Source: Octopus bimaculoides (lineage: Eukaryota). Taken from it: 64,000 bases of DNA. This document shows, one piece after another, positions 48,704 through 61,070 of the stretch. The translations under genes were made by a program, and so were the position numbers. The notes beneath the pieces were generated by a model. It saw only the letters and a list, made by a program, of their open reading frames with translations. It had not been told where the DNA came from and did not search any database. Location of the stretch: assembly GCF_001194135.2 (NCBI RefSeq), contig NC_068986.1, forward strand, positions 43,989,351-44,053,350, given 5' to 3'. Positions within the stretch are counted from its first letter, which is position 1. Every line of letters begins with the position of its first letter.

Positions 48704-50345
48704 GTGAGTTAGATTGATGTAAATAATGAAAAATCTAATGCACATTTCTGTCAAGTTATATTAAACAAATATCTATCTTTCTCTTCTTTCCATATTTCTA
48801 ACTTTCCTTCTCACATCTCTCTGTGTTACCTTCATTTTGTGTCTCTGCTGTAATCACTGCTAAAATCTCCAGTTGTAAAATTGCTGACTGAACAGCAAAG
48901 TAAACACATGCTCAGAGTTCCACAGCGCGATGTGAGCAATGGATCACTGCAATAATTTATTGTATAATGAACATTGAGGCAGTATGAGCATGTTGTTTTC
49001 TCTGCAATCCAGTTAACCCTTTTTATAAAGGGATCATGATATATCAGAAGTTCTGCATCTGTGGGTTACTTCCAGCCATTCAACCCACTACATACACGTA
49101 ATCTATTTATTTGAACTAGGCTAACTAGGGTTACACAAGAAGATATACTATGTTTTTATAGGTGATTTCTAGAAGAATTTAACAAGTTAAATTATCATGA
49201 CAAGTGAAGAATTTAATATTTTGCCTCCTTGCTCTTCATCTGAGAATAAGAAAAAAGAATGATAATGTGGTAGTTTTGTTTGACTATATGACACTACTCA
49301 CTCTCAGATAAATGGCAAGGATGCAATACATGAGGTTCTTCACTCATCGTGACACTTAAATTCTTTGAACTCTTCTATGGAGTTGTTTCTAACTCAGACT
49401 ATCACCAATTTCTGTGCATTCCAGAATTTACTTTGTTGCACAATTTGGTCTAAAGTGTTTAACATGTCAACCAACTCACCATATACATAACTTTATATAT
49501 TCTATGAGAACTGTTTTGAAAAAATTCTACAGTGATATTTTTATTCTTTGGTATTGTGCATTGTCTGTCATAAGCTTGTGTGCTCATTACTTAAGCCTTT
49601 CATTCCTTATGGAGCATAGCCATCAAAACTTTTCTCCACTATTCTCAATTCTATGCTACCAGAGCCACTCCCTCAATATGGGGCTGGTGGCATCCCTGAA
49701 GGAAGGCTTTCCTCTCTCAAGTTTTGCTGGTTTTGAATTATCATTGATACTTCTGTAACTTTACATTTTTCTAAGTAGGGTTGTTGGTCCTATACAAACC
49801 CATTTTTACCTCTATATTAGTCTGACCTCTCTCCTTTGACTTGACCAGCATAGGACGTCCTAACAGAAGCTTGTACTCTGTTGACCTAGTTCTCAGGGCC
49901 ATTGAGGCACACAAGCCACCACATTGCAACAAGGACTGGACCTTGTGACAGACATGATCTTTAGGCCCAAGCTTATCTTGTTTTCCATGCCTTACAAATA
50001 ATTAAGAGTACAGTACTCAGTTTGTCACATGCTTAACCTCAGCTGTTGCCAGTACTCCTTTTTGGTTAAGTGAACTGGAGCTATAGGAAAAGAATTTAAT
50101 TCAAGAACACAACATACCAGCCAGTCTAGGAATTGAGACTGTGACCTACTAGACCATGTACCTTCACAAGCTGTATGTTAGTCATCTTAATTTTATAATT
50201 TCATATGACCTAGTGTATTTAAAGTGCTAGATATGCTTAAGGTAGTGAGCTGATAGAATTTTTAGCATTCTGGGCAAAATTCTTAGCGGCATTTTGTCTG
50301 TCTTTACATTCTGAGTTCAAATTCTGCCATGGTCGATTTTGCCTT

Positions 50346-51728
50346 TGTAGCGTACTTCTCTCTCTCTCTCTGTTATATATACATGAGTGCGGACGTAGTG
50401 GTTAACAGCTAGCCTTCGGCCGCACTTTTGAACCCTGTTGTGTCCACCACTCTGATTGGTTGATATTGGCGTGTTTTTGTCTCTTGTTCTATTTCGCGCC
50501 AGGGTGCAACCCAACCAGTCGCAGCCTTCAGATAAGGTCATGTGGGACAGTCTTTCTGAACCCCTGTTTGAGCCAATAGTATAGTATAAAATCTAGCTTT
50601 CCATCATCCTGTTTCTCAGTCCGGCTCCAGACCTTCTGAGGTCTAGCCGCTGACCACAGAGCACACAACCAGTTCCAGCGATGGCGCACGACACAGCTTC
50701 ATGGAGATCCAACACTACATTCAATAGCTTACTGCAAACTCCTTCATCGCCACCGCCAGCATCTACGCCAGCTTCTCTACGTACACACCAACCAGCAATG
50801 CTCGCACAGCTTTTCTCCACACTGTTTGTGAAATGCTTCACCATGGTTAACAGCAAATACAGCCTGCAAGAACTCCTGTTCCAAGTAACCGGCCGCAGCA
50901 TTGAAGCCTCAACTACTCACGACATGTGTGTCTTCGGCTCTACCTTGCCACCACAACTTCTTGATACAGCACTTCAACTACTTTTTACCTTTGATACGAA
51001 CTGGTATATTTCCCATCCTTGTGCCTGGGCTTTCTTATAACATCCTTTTCTATGCTCTGTACTTTTCGCACGGAGGTGCAATGGCCCAGTGGTTAGGGCA
51101 GCAGACTCGCAGTCATAGAATCACGGTTTCGATTCCCAGACCAGGCGTTGTGAGTGTTTATTGAGCGAAAACACCTAAAGTTCCACGAGGCTCAGGCAGG
51201 GGATGGTGGTGAACCCTGCTGTACTCTTTCACCACAACTTTCTCTCACTCTTTTTTCTTGTTTCTGTTGTGCCTGTAATTCAAAGGCTCAGCCTTGTCAC
51301 ACTGTGTCACACTGAATATCCCCGAAAGCTAGTTTAAGGGTACACGTGTCTGTGGAGTGCTCATCCACTTGCACGTTAATTTCACCAAGCAGGCTGTTTC
51401 GTTGATCGGATCAACTGGAACCCTCGACGTCGTAAGCGACGGAGTGCCAACAACAATATATTTCTCGCACACACATACACGTTTTGTATACACATACATT
51501 TTGTTTATATGACGGCCTGTCTATTATTGTGTTTATTATGTCACACTCACACACAAAGACATACAAGTTGACATATCAATAAAACCTTTCTCTTAAAACT
51601 TTTACTGGTTGTGTCTCTCTCTTTTCCTTTTAGCACTTATACACGTTTAACTTCTTATTTGTGTTGACCGTGCGATGCGCTAAAGGAGCCATTCCTCGTC
51701 ACCATCTCCTGGTCGCACGGTCAATACA
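50346..51728 (+). mobile_element. Solo LTR (TG...CA) with internal SINE insertion
   Basis: TGTA...TACA ends; 4-bp TSD CCTT; splits a SINE exactly at gcctt|tcatt; TATA-like GTATAAAA near 50584; AATAAA near 51579. Confidence 0.75.
51072..51456 (+). mobile_element. tRNA-derived SINE family A, full length (3'-truncated minus-strand copy at 11167-11477)
   Basis: A box TGGCCCAGTGG, B box GTTTCGATTCC, (CAA)n tail; high similarity to the reverse complement of 11167-11477. Confidence 0.85.
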
Positions 51729-51899
51729 CCTTTCATTCCTTCAGTATTGATAAAATAAGTACCAGTTGAACATGAGTCAATCTAATCAACTTAACCCCCT
51801 CCCCAAAATTGCTGGCATCGTGTCAAAATTTGAAACTAATGTTGAATATGCTAAGAACATACTTTGATATTAAATTGAATTTAAAGATGCTTTCTCTTT

Positions 51900-52960
51900 T
51901 ATATTAAAATTCTTTACTTTACCCCTTCTATTCATCTTTCAGAAAATAGCGTATACATTGGAAACATTGACACCAGCTCAACAGAGGTAAATATTTGTGT
52001 ATTTATTTGTTTTGATTTGAAAATAAAAATGTCTTTTTCAGTAGAAAATAATCTGTTGTTTCGGGCAGATTGTTTGAACCAAAACCACTCTTTCTCTCCA
52101 AACATTCCTATCTTCCAGGACATTCTTGAGGTCTTCTATTTGTTAGTCGACATCACAAGAGGATTGGTCAATGTATATTATTCTGGCTCATCAAACGTGA
52201 GAATTCTCATTGCTAATTATCCACAGAAAGAGCTCATTCACTTATTCAACTTTGCTTCAAAAGTAGTAATCTGCATATCTTGTCCTCTGCTTTCAAATGA
52301 TTTATGTGTTGGGGATATTTCTATAAAGCTTTTCTTTTATCGGATGTTTCCATGATCTGTTGTGAACAGCATGCAACCTACATGTGTAGGTCCTATCTAG
52401 CTTACTTCCTATGTTTTTTGTCAGAGTTCACATGGATGAATCATAAAAAACTCATTCTACTATGACTCTGAAGAGTTCCCTTTTCATCCTGTCAAGCAAT
52501 GTACAGGGTGTCCACAAAGTCTGAGTACATGGAGTAAATAAAATCATAACATAAACAATTAAATATAAGAAATAATAATTTCTTAAAGCATGTGTTAATC
52601 CCCATATACCCAGACTTTGTGGACACCCTGTAGACTTAATTTGTCCAGTGCATTCCATTCTTTTGCTATGAGGACTGATACATCTTTTTCAGTCAATTAG
52701 ATGTCACTTCCAAGATCATTGAAACATTCAACTTTCTTCAGGGGTGTACCACCCAATGGGTTCAATTGCCTGTTCTGGTTAAAATGTGTATTCAGTCTTC
52801 TCAGCATTCACATAAAGACCAATCCCAGAAGCTACTTCATCTAATGCATGCAGCAGTGTTTCAACATCTATACGCTTGAAAGGAAATAGTATTCCAACAT
52901 TATGAACCTTTTTAACTCCTGATATCAACTTGCCTAAGACTATCCCAGGTTCAAGACAAA
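51900..52960 (-). mobile_element. Decayed RTE-like LINE fragment interrupted by the 127-bp MITE
   Basis: Degenerate RT C-terminal translation (EDLKNVLEDRNVW); many stops. Confidence 0.5.
52504..52630. mobile_element. 127-bp Tc1/mariner-type MITE
   Basis: Perfect 20-bp TIR CAGGGTGTCCACAAAGTCTG with TA flanks at 52502-52503 and 52631-52632. Confidence 0.92.
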
Positions 52961-53518
52961 CTTTCTGTTAAAATGTGATCTAAGATTTTTTTTTAAATCT
53001 TCACTCAAAATTTTATGTTCATATATGTACCAAACATTTATAGTCAATCCACCCTTTTTTTATGTCTATTTCTGTATTTTGTATTTTGATTATAATTGTA
53101 TTTTTGTCTGTCACTATATCCATGAGTTTAGTTTTGTCTGTAAACTGCTGAAAATGACCCATCACTTTGGATATGCATTTTCACACTGAGTGAAATGACG
53201 AGAGGATCTAATGAAGAACTTATTGAAACAATTACCTGAGGAGACACATTTTACACTATGGGTGGATGATGATGATTACACAACATTTCACTAATGTACT
53301 GCAGGTGTAAAAATGTGTCAAAACAATTGTAGAGATTTTAAATAAAGAATGTTGTTCATTCCATTTCTATCATTTATCTATTTCTATAAACTTTATGGAT
53401 ACTATGGAATTCCTGATAAATATCTAGTAGCAAGAGCATTTCCACTGTACGATGGAATCAGGTAGCCAATAACTATGGACAAACTTTGCATAACATTCTA
53501 CAAGGTTTTTACCCAAGC

Positions 53519-53557
<39 letters not shown>

Positions 53558-53656
53558 TAGAGAAATAGTAGTTTTGGCTGCTATTTCTAATTTTCAGTGT
53601 ATGGTGAAGCAATGCCTGCTGAACCCTAAATTTTAATTATGTTTATATATATATAT

Positions 53657-53697
<41 letters not shown>

Positions 53698-54484
53698 ACA
53701 GACTTCCACACAGTTTCTGTCTAACAAATTCACTCACAAGGCATTGGTCAGCTCAGAGCTATAGTAGAAAATACTTGCTCACAATTCCACGCAGTTGTAC
53801 TGAACTCAAGATCACATGGTTGCATAGTGGATTTTTGAACCACACAGCCATGCCTGGGTACAAATTACAGAAAATTTACTTGCAGATGCAATATAATTTA
53901 TCTTTATTTATTTAATTAAAATGCTTTTATATACACACTATTGGTAGGCCAGTTACTACAGTATTTGTCCTGAGATAACATCCCTTATAGACTTTTTTGG
54001 GTTCAAAACAATAAATATTAGTGAAAATTCATCCTAGCAGCAGCCAGTAATAGAGCAAGATGCATTTTGGCCTCTTTAGTGAATGTTTATTCATCTTTTC
54101 CAGTATCAGAGATGAATTCTCATCTGGGTATGTAGCTGACTGGACACTGATAGGACAAATTTTCTCTCAGATATTTATTGTGGTTTTAACACAGCAAGCC
54201 CATAAGAGATGTTATCCCAGAACAAATATTGCAATAACTTTCCTCTTTATTGATAGTGGGTTTACATTAAATATGATACATAGATAGCTTATTTTCAAGT
54301 TTCTGAAATAAAACCTTAATTAAATTAAGTATTGTGGGTTTTTGATTTGAGATGATTTTTTTTCTCCATTCAATATACAACTCTATAAAAAAGATTTATT
54401 TATACCAGCCATTTGTGTAATAATGAATAAATATGAATGAACATTTCTATGTTATCAATGAGCGATCAGTTCTTTTGTACCTAA

Positions 54485-54802
54485 AATAGGAGAGAGAGAC
54501 CTCTTTCAGTCACAAATGACCATGGGATTGCACCTAGAAAGTCACCCCCACCTGAGGCACAAGTTTGGGTGACATGCATATCTGCCTCCCCTCTCCACAC
54601 CACTGACGTTGTCCAAGGCAAAAGCCAGTACAGCTTGGTACCAGTGACATCATAACTTATTTGTGCAGCTGAGTGAACTGGAGCAGTATGAAATAAAGTG
54701 TCTTGCTCAAGAACACAACACAAAGCCTGCTACAAGAATGAAACTCACAACCTCACAATTGTAATCCCAATGCTCTAACTACTGAGCCATGCGCCTTCAC
54801 TC
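54485..54802 (-). mobile_element. tRNA-derived SINE with Meta/V-domain-like core
   Basis: Reverse complement contains gttcttgagcaagacactttatttcatactgctccagttcactcagctg behind a tRNA-like head. Confidence 0.6.
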
Positions 54803-55800
54803 TATACCTAAAATACATGGCACCTAATCATGTAAAAGAATAAAATACCTACAGTAGATTTGATCCTCACACATCTATGAGTTGCTAGTGTACAGTAACC
54901 TATCCATTCATTTGTTTCATATCTCAGCTCTTTTCTATTCATTGCATTACATGTCTTTTCTTTTTCTTTTTTTCTTTTCTTTTTTTAGGAAGAATTAAAG
55001 AAATTTTTCATAGGAATAAATATTTTGAACTTAACCATTTTTAAAAAATGCTATAAATGGTAAATGACTTTGTTTATTCTTTACTAATAATGGTCTTTGA
55101 TGTAAGCATAACGTCATACATTTTTCAAGAGGGAAGTCAATATGATTGACTTTCCTCTACTATCCCTCCCCCACCTCACTGGTACTTATTTTATCAAGCC
55201 AAGAAAAATGAAAGCAAAGCCAAGCACAACAGGATTTGAACTTAGAATGTAAAAAATTACAAATAAATATCATTATTCTTCAGTAATAATATTAAAAGTT
55301 GAAGGTTCGATTTAGTGTCGGTTTTTTTTTTTTTTTTTTCAATCAGTTTGACTGGGAAAGAAACATTTGCAAAACTGGAGAAATTACTGAGAGGGTCAGT
55401 GTAATTAATATCATTTTCATCTTGCATCCATTTTTCCCGCCATGTTGCTATGAGTTGAACAAAAGCATCACACCACTTGTCATTCTTCAATGCACATGGC
55501 TGTAGATGAAGCTACTGATTTTTGTTTTTTTCTATGCATTTTATTGTGTTACTGGCAGTAGAGCATGTCTAAAGAGTCTTCCTCAATCCACTATCAGTTT
55601 TTATTAACAGTTACTACTCCCTTGGGTGATCTGTTTACTCAGAAGTTTATGACATCTGCATCTCCTCTGTTAACAGATTAAGAAATAAGAGCAACCCATT
55701 GCTTGCAAGTGTGTTCCAAGGCAGTATAATAGTGAATAAATGGAGTATATAAAGAGAAGTAAATTTCAATAGGAGTGGCATAACACTGTAACAAAATTTT

Positions 55801-55840
<40 letters not shown>

Positions 55841-56638
55841 TCTTTGGTCAGTGAGTGTTATTTCCTATCTAGAAATCAAAGGAAATGACTACTATTCCCT
55901 TTAATTTGATTTTGTGACCTGGATATCAATATTTTGAAACTGACCTATTTTCCATTACACTTCTGATAGATACAGCACAGAATTGCTGAAGCAGAAATAT
56001 CATTATAGCAAATATTCTGCTCAATACCACAGATTTGCTTGTTAGTTGGTTGACCTTAATCACTTGAGCATGTCCCTTAGTGGCTGACAATATGCGCATC
56101 TCTGATCATGAGCAGGAATAGTAGGGGAGCATCATAACCATGTGTTGAGAGGGATTCTTTGGAATTTGAATAAATGTAAGAAAAGCAAAATTTGAAGATA
56201 ATATTAGCCATTTTTCATTCTTTCTAGAGGTAAGCAAATAGGAAATGACAGTTGCTACTCAAAGGACAAAAATTGTGTTACACAGTGTAATTAGCACATT
56301 TGGAAGTACAAAGGTTGCTGCAGTAACATAAGACACTCAGAAGGTCTAGTGCTTGAGAGATGGAGTGCATGTGTTTTTATAATCTTGTTTATCAAATGGC
56401 CAGTTCTATTTATTGAGATAAAAAAAATTTTCTACTCTTTATTATTGACGATGTTCATAATGTTCTTTGTTTCATACTTTCAGTTTTGCTTTTGTTAAAG
56501 TTGGAAGCAAGAGTGATATTGACAAAATATTTATGTCATGTGGTAAGCTGTTCAAGTCAAGAAAACTGATCATTAAGTCATACAAACAGCAAAGTAATGG
56601 TTCTATAATGGATGGTAAATATTCTTTTTTTAAACTAA

Positions 56639-58539
56639 TCTATATATATAAAAATGAGAATGTGTGTCTGTCTGTCTGTCTGTCTGTGTGTGTGTGTGTG
56701 TGTATCCCTAAAACTCGAGAACTACACAACCAATTTCATTCAAATTTTACACGTGCCTTACTTAGGGTTCCAGTTGTGTTTTAGTCAAAAAAATTTTTTA
56801 ACTTCTTGCAGAGTTCGAGCCCACGGCAACATAATATCTCCTCCACTATTTAAGTATTACGTGTCAAAAGTGAAACAAAAACACTCATGTCAAATACTTT
56901 CACTTTAAAAATGAAACTATTCCACTAACTGAAACAATCACATTTCGATACTGTAATGACAGATACTTTCAGAGAGAGAGAAAGAGAGAGAGAGAGATGT
57001 ATATATATATAGATGTGTATGTATACGTATAGATATATATGCATACATGTATATGTATACATATGTGTAGATGTATATATATATATAGATGTACATGTAA
57101 TATGTACACATATATACATACATATACATACATACAGATATCTATACATATATACACCCATCACACACATACACATGGACACAAACACACACATTAGTCA
57201 TTTGTTTTCTTATCTAAAACTACGTCAAAAGTACTGAATGGATCTTTCTGAAATTTGGAAATTACATTCTATGCATAACGGCCATAACTCCCATGAAAAT
57301 TCATATATTTTTGATGTTGATGAAATTTTAACCCGAACATAACAGATGAGCACTGTCTGTAGCTAGTCTTCTCTTGGAAGAGCCCCGCTTCTCACATGGA
57401 CAACTGTATGTTGGCTGCTCAAGGGTGGGCAGCAAAAAAAAACCTATTTGCATATGCTCCACAANNNNNNNNNNNNNNNNNNNNNNNNNNNNNNNNNNNN
57501 NNNNNNNNNNNNNNNNNNNNNNNNNNNNNNNNNNNNNNNNNNNNNNNNNNNNNNNNNNNNNNNNNNNNNNNNNNNNNNNNNNNNNNNNNNNNNNNNNNNN
57601 NNNNNNNNNNNNNNNNNNNNNNNNNNNNNNNNNNNNNNNNNNNNNNNNNNNNNNNNNNNNNNNNNNNNNNNNNNNNNNNNNNNNNNNNNNNNNNNNNNNN
57701 NNNNNNNNNNNCAACGAGATGTTATAATCACAACAGCAAGAAAATATGTACATGATCACCTTTTACGAAACTTCATTGACTTTCATATATTTATATTGAT
57801 ATACATATATATATGTGTGTTTGGGTGCGTGTGTGTGTGTGTATATATCTATCTCTATATATAAAGATGAGAATGTGTGTCTGTCTGTGTATCTGTGTGA
57901 ATCCCTAAAACTCGAGAGCTACACAACTCTCTTTTACAAACCCAGTGAAAATACATATATTTCATATGTCAAAGAAATTCAAGCAATACATATAACACCA
58001 AAGTTAAAAACATTCCCAACAATTCCACAATCCCCAACCTCCAGAGCTTTTGAAGAAACTGTTATCATCAACTGACCAAGATTCCTAACATTTGCAAAAC
58101 AAAATTAGACAATACGACGCTGTACTACAGATGACATCATTTGGAACCACAAGAGATTTAACTGAGGCAGCATTCATCCAAACTTTCAAGATTCAACCTC
58201 AGATTTATCATTGCATTGTCTCTCTACTACCTCTGTCAAATGAATCACCAAAATTGGCCTTTCATTATTTATAATCTGTACCTGTTTGTTTGGTTACGAA
58301 ATAAGATACACAAAAACGTGTTTCTGAATTACGTGTATTTACTTTATATACATATGAGTTGAAAACTTTCTTCTAGCATTCCACCTAATATCTATGTTCC
58401 ATGCTGGCATGGATTGGAGAGTTATTAATGTAGAAATATGGTATCGTAGCTACTAACAGTTGAGGGTTGCGTAGTCTAGACGGCGTTTTTAGATTTCATT
58501 ATTCTCTTTAACCCGGGCAACGCCGGGTGTTTCTGCTAG
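56639..58539 (+). mobile_element. Tandem non-autonomous Helitron copies with RepHel remnants
   Basis: A|TC 5' start at 56639 and a second similar start near 57852; 3' hairpin ACCCGG-gcaacg-CCGGGT then CTAG|T at 58536-58540; Pif1 motif FSHGQLYVGCSRV at ~57386-57425; Helitron N-terminal-like QMTSFG..TFKIQ.QIYH.I.SLLP at 58092-58274. Confidence 0.88.
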
Positions 58540-59939
58540 TTATTAATATTTTTTCTCTATTGTAACAGGTGTTATTCTACTCAGTCACCCTTCTACAAGA
58601 TTTTTGTTGCTAAATATTCGTCATGATTCTTCTCCACTATCACTTTAGTATTTAGTATTAGTGTAAATTCATAGTCATCCATACATACAGGCATGTCCTT
58701 TGCAGGTGCTGGTGCCACATAAAATGCACTCAAACCGGTGCCACGTAAAATACACTCACGCCATGTAAAATGCACTTGTACTGGTGCTGCATAAACACAC
58801 TCATGCCAGTTGCATGTAAAAGACACCCAGCACACTCTGTAAAGTGGTTAGCATTAAGAAGGGCATCTAGCCATAGAAACCTTACCAAAATAGACAACTG
58901 TATTCTGAACAGCTGGCCAACTCCTGTCAAACTGTCCAACCCATGCCAGCATAGAAAACGGACATTAAACAATGATGATGTCTGTCTATTGCATACATTT
59001 TCTCCATCAGTTCACAATGTTTTTATTCTTATCATTTAATCCCATCCTCTTATCTGTAATTGTTGCTTTGCCCCAATTTTTTTTTTAATTAAGCAGACCT
59101 ATGCTCATAGGTTATCAAGCTATAACCAGTCTGTCTTTATAAGATAATTATATGTGATTTGAAAGAGATTTAGTTGCTAATTTCAGTAGATCAAGTGATA
59201 CCACTGTTGGCTTGTCTATCTGTAATTTAATACTGTAAAAGGTTCAGTTTACCATCGCACGAAGCAAGAGCACTGTATGATCAAAATCATCCCATTATTG
59301 CACTGCTGAGCTAAAGCCATCCCTTGAACCAGGATCATAAAATAATATGCACTATAGCTTTGTTTCAACCAAATCTGTTTTTATCTGTGGACAATTTATG
59401 AATGACAATAGTCACTAGAATCATTAAGATAGTAATGTTCTGCACCAACATCAATCAAATGTGGTGTGGGTATAAACGAATCAGTTAATGTTTACTTGTG
59501 AGATGTGAGGACCAATGTTTTGAACAAGGCTCTTCACCTCAGAATAAATGAGTAACAAAAGATTTCTGCTTGAATTGCTTAGCTGTATATTTAGCAAGTC
59601 AATTACTTCGTCTTCCAACACAGGAACATATTGTTTTGGTTGAAATATAGGTATCAAGAACCAGACTTTTAAAGATATTTCTTAAATTTTCAATATTTAT
59701 GCTGCATATTTTGGGGAAAAACAATTTGAGAACGTTTAATTTTTATCTACCAAGATTCTTGCTTATGAATATATCTATTTCATTTTTGGAAATAGCACAC
59801 ATGCACAAATATAATTGTAAAATAACAATTGATAATAGTATTCTTAGTTGTTTCTAATTTTCCTTAAAATAAGGAGGACAATAAGAGAGAATTTATTAAC
59901 AGCAGTCCTCTTCCTCATCATCATTGTTTATTTATTACA

Positions 59940-61070
59940 ACTTGCTGGTAAGACAGGCATGATTACATGTTCACTCCATATCACATATCACATTCCATCA
60001 TGAGTGTCTTAAGCTCATCTAGGTCTCGACAGTGGTTTTGGAAGGACACCCAAGGTTCATGCTCCCACGGGTCAGTTTCCAGATTATAGCTTGGTTGGCC
60101 AGACAACTCATGTTGTTGCTGACATTGCTCAGCAAGCTTCTTGCATCTTATTATCTTGTTGGTCAACTAGGATAGGTTGTCATACACTTGCTTATCAATC
60201 ACTTTCTACATCTAGCTAATAATGAAGGCCAAGTTTCAAACCCATAAGGGAGGAGTGTCTCATTTGTTGCTTTGAAGATTCACTTCTGGAAAGATTTGAG
60301 GTTCAGGCATTTATTATATCATTGATCACTTTCCAGGCAAGGCCAGCTCACATTTTGATGTCCCTTTCTGAGTTCTCTATGAATGATCCAAGATACTCAA
60401 AGTTGGAAACTCACTTGAGTAGCTGATAGCTATTTTGCAGATTGTGTAATCCATCTCCTTTCTGTTCAAATATAGAGCAGTTTCATTGCTTTCACTTTAT
60501 ACTCTAGACCAGTGGTTCTCAACCAGGGTTCATATAAGATATTGTTGTTAAAATTTATATGTAATAAATTGGTTAGCTTCAGTAAGTTCCATTGAACCTT
60601 ATGGGGTATGACCAATTGAGGCACTTGGTGCTACATTGATGCTTCTTTTCTTTCTCTTTTTTTTGTTTTTCTTTTGTAAAATATATTCCTTTTCACTGAA
60701 TTAACTATTTTAAATGATGTGAGTTTAAGCACGAACATTTAATTAACATTTATGTATAATGTATAATATTTAACATTCTTGCATATATTTACATATATTT
60801 CCATGTTTCAATAAATTACATTTCATCTTGTCTAGAAAATAAATTGGTTATACTTCTACAATACACAAAATATTTTAATAATTATTTTTATACAATTCCT
60901 AATAATATAAAAATATGATGGGATGCTTTTTTTTAACATCAAATAACTAGGAGGGTCCAGGGAAAATAGGAATCAAAGAGGTCCATAGGTGCAAAATGGT
61001 TGAGAACCACTGCTCTAGACAGAAGGGCCTGATCATCTGTAATTTTGTCAGAGAACGAAGTGATGTCGTT
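59940..61070 (-). mobile_element. Decayed RTE-like LINE fragment interrupted by the hAT MITE
   Basis: RT-like text (DIxxxSDKITDDQALLSRV) continues across the TSD; C-terminal DLDELKTLMM. Confidence 0.6.
60510..61012. mobile_element. hAT (Charlie-like) MITE
   Basis: TIR CAGTGGTTCTCAACC; exact 8-bp TSD CTCTAGAC at 60502-60509 and 61013-61020. Confidence 0.93.

Noticed and set aside
50681-51040. 119-aa ORF in a GC-rich stretch
   Set aside because: It lies inside the solo LTR, has no recognisable domain, and such ORFs are expected by chance at this GC content.
51072-51145. tRNA gene
   Set aside because: The tRNA-like head continues into a SINE body and tail that recur at 11167-11477; no clean acceptor stem is present.
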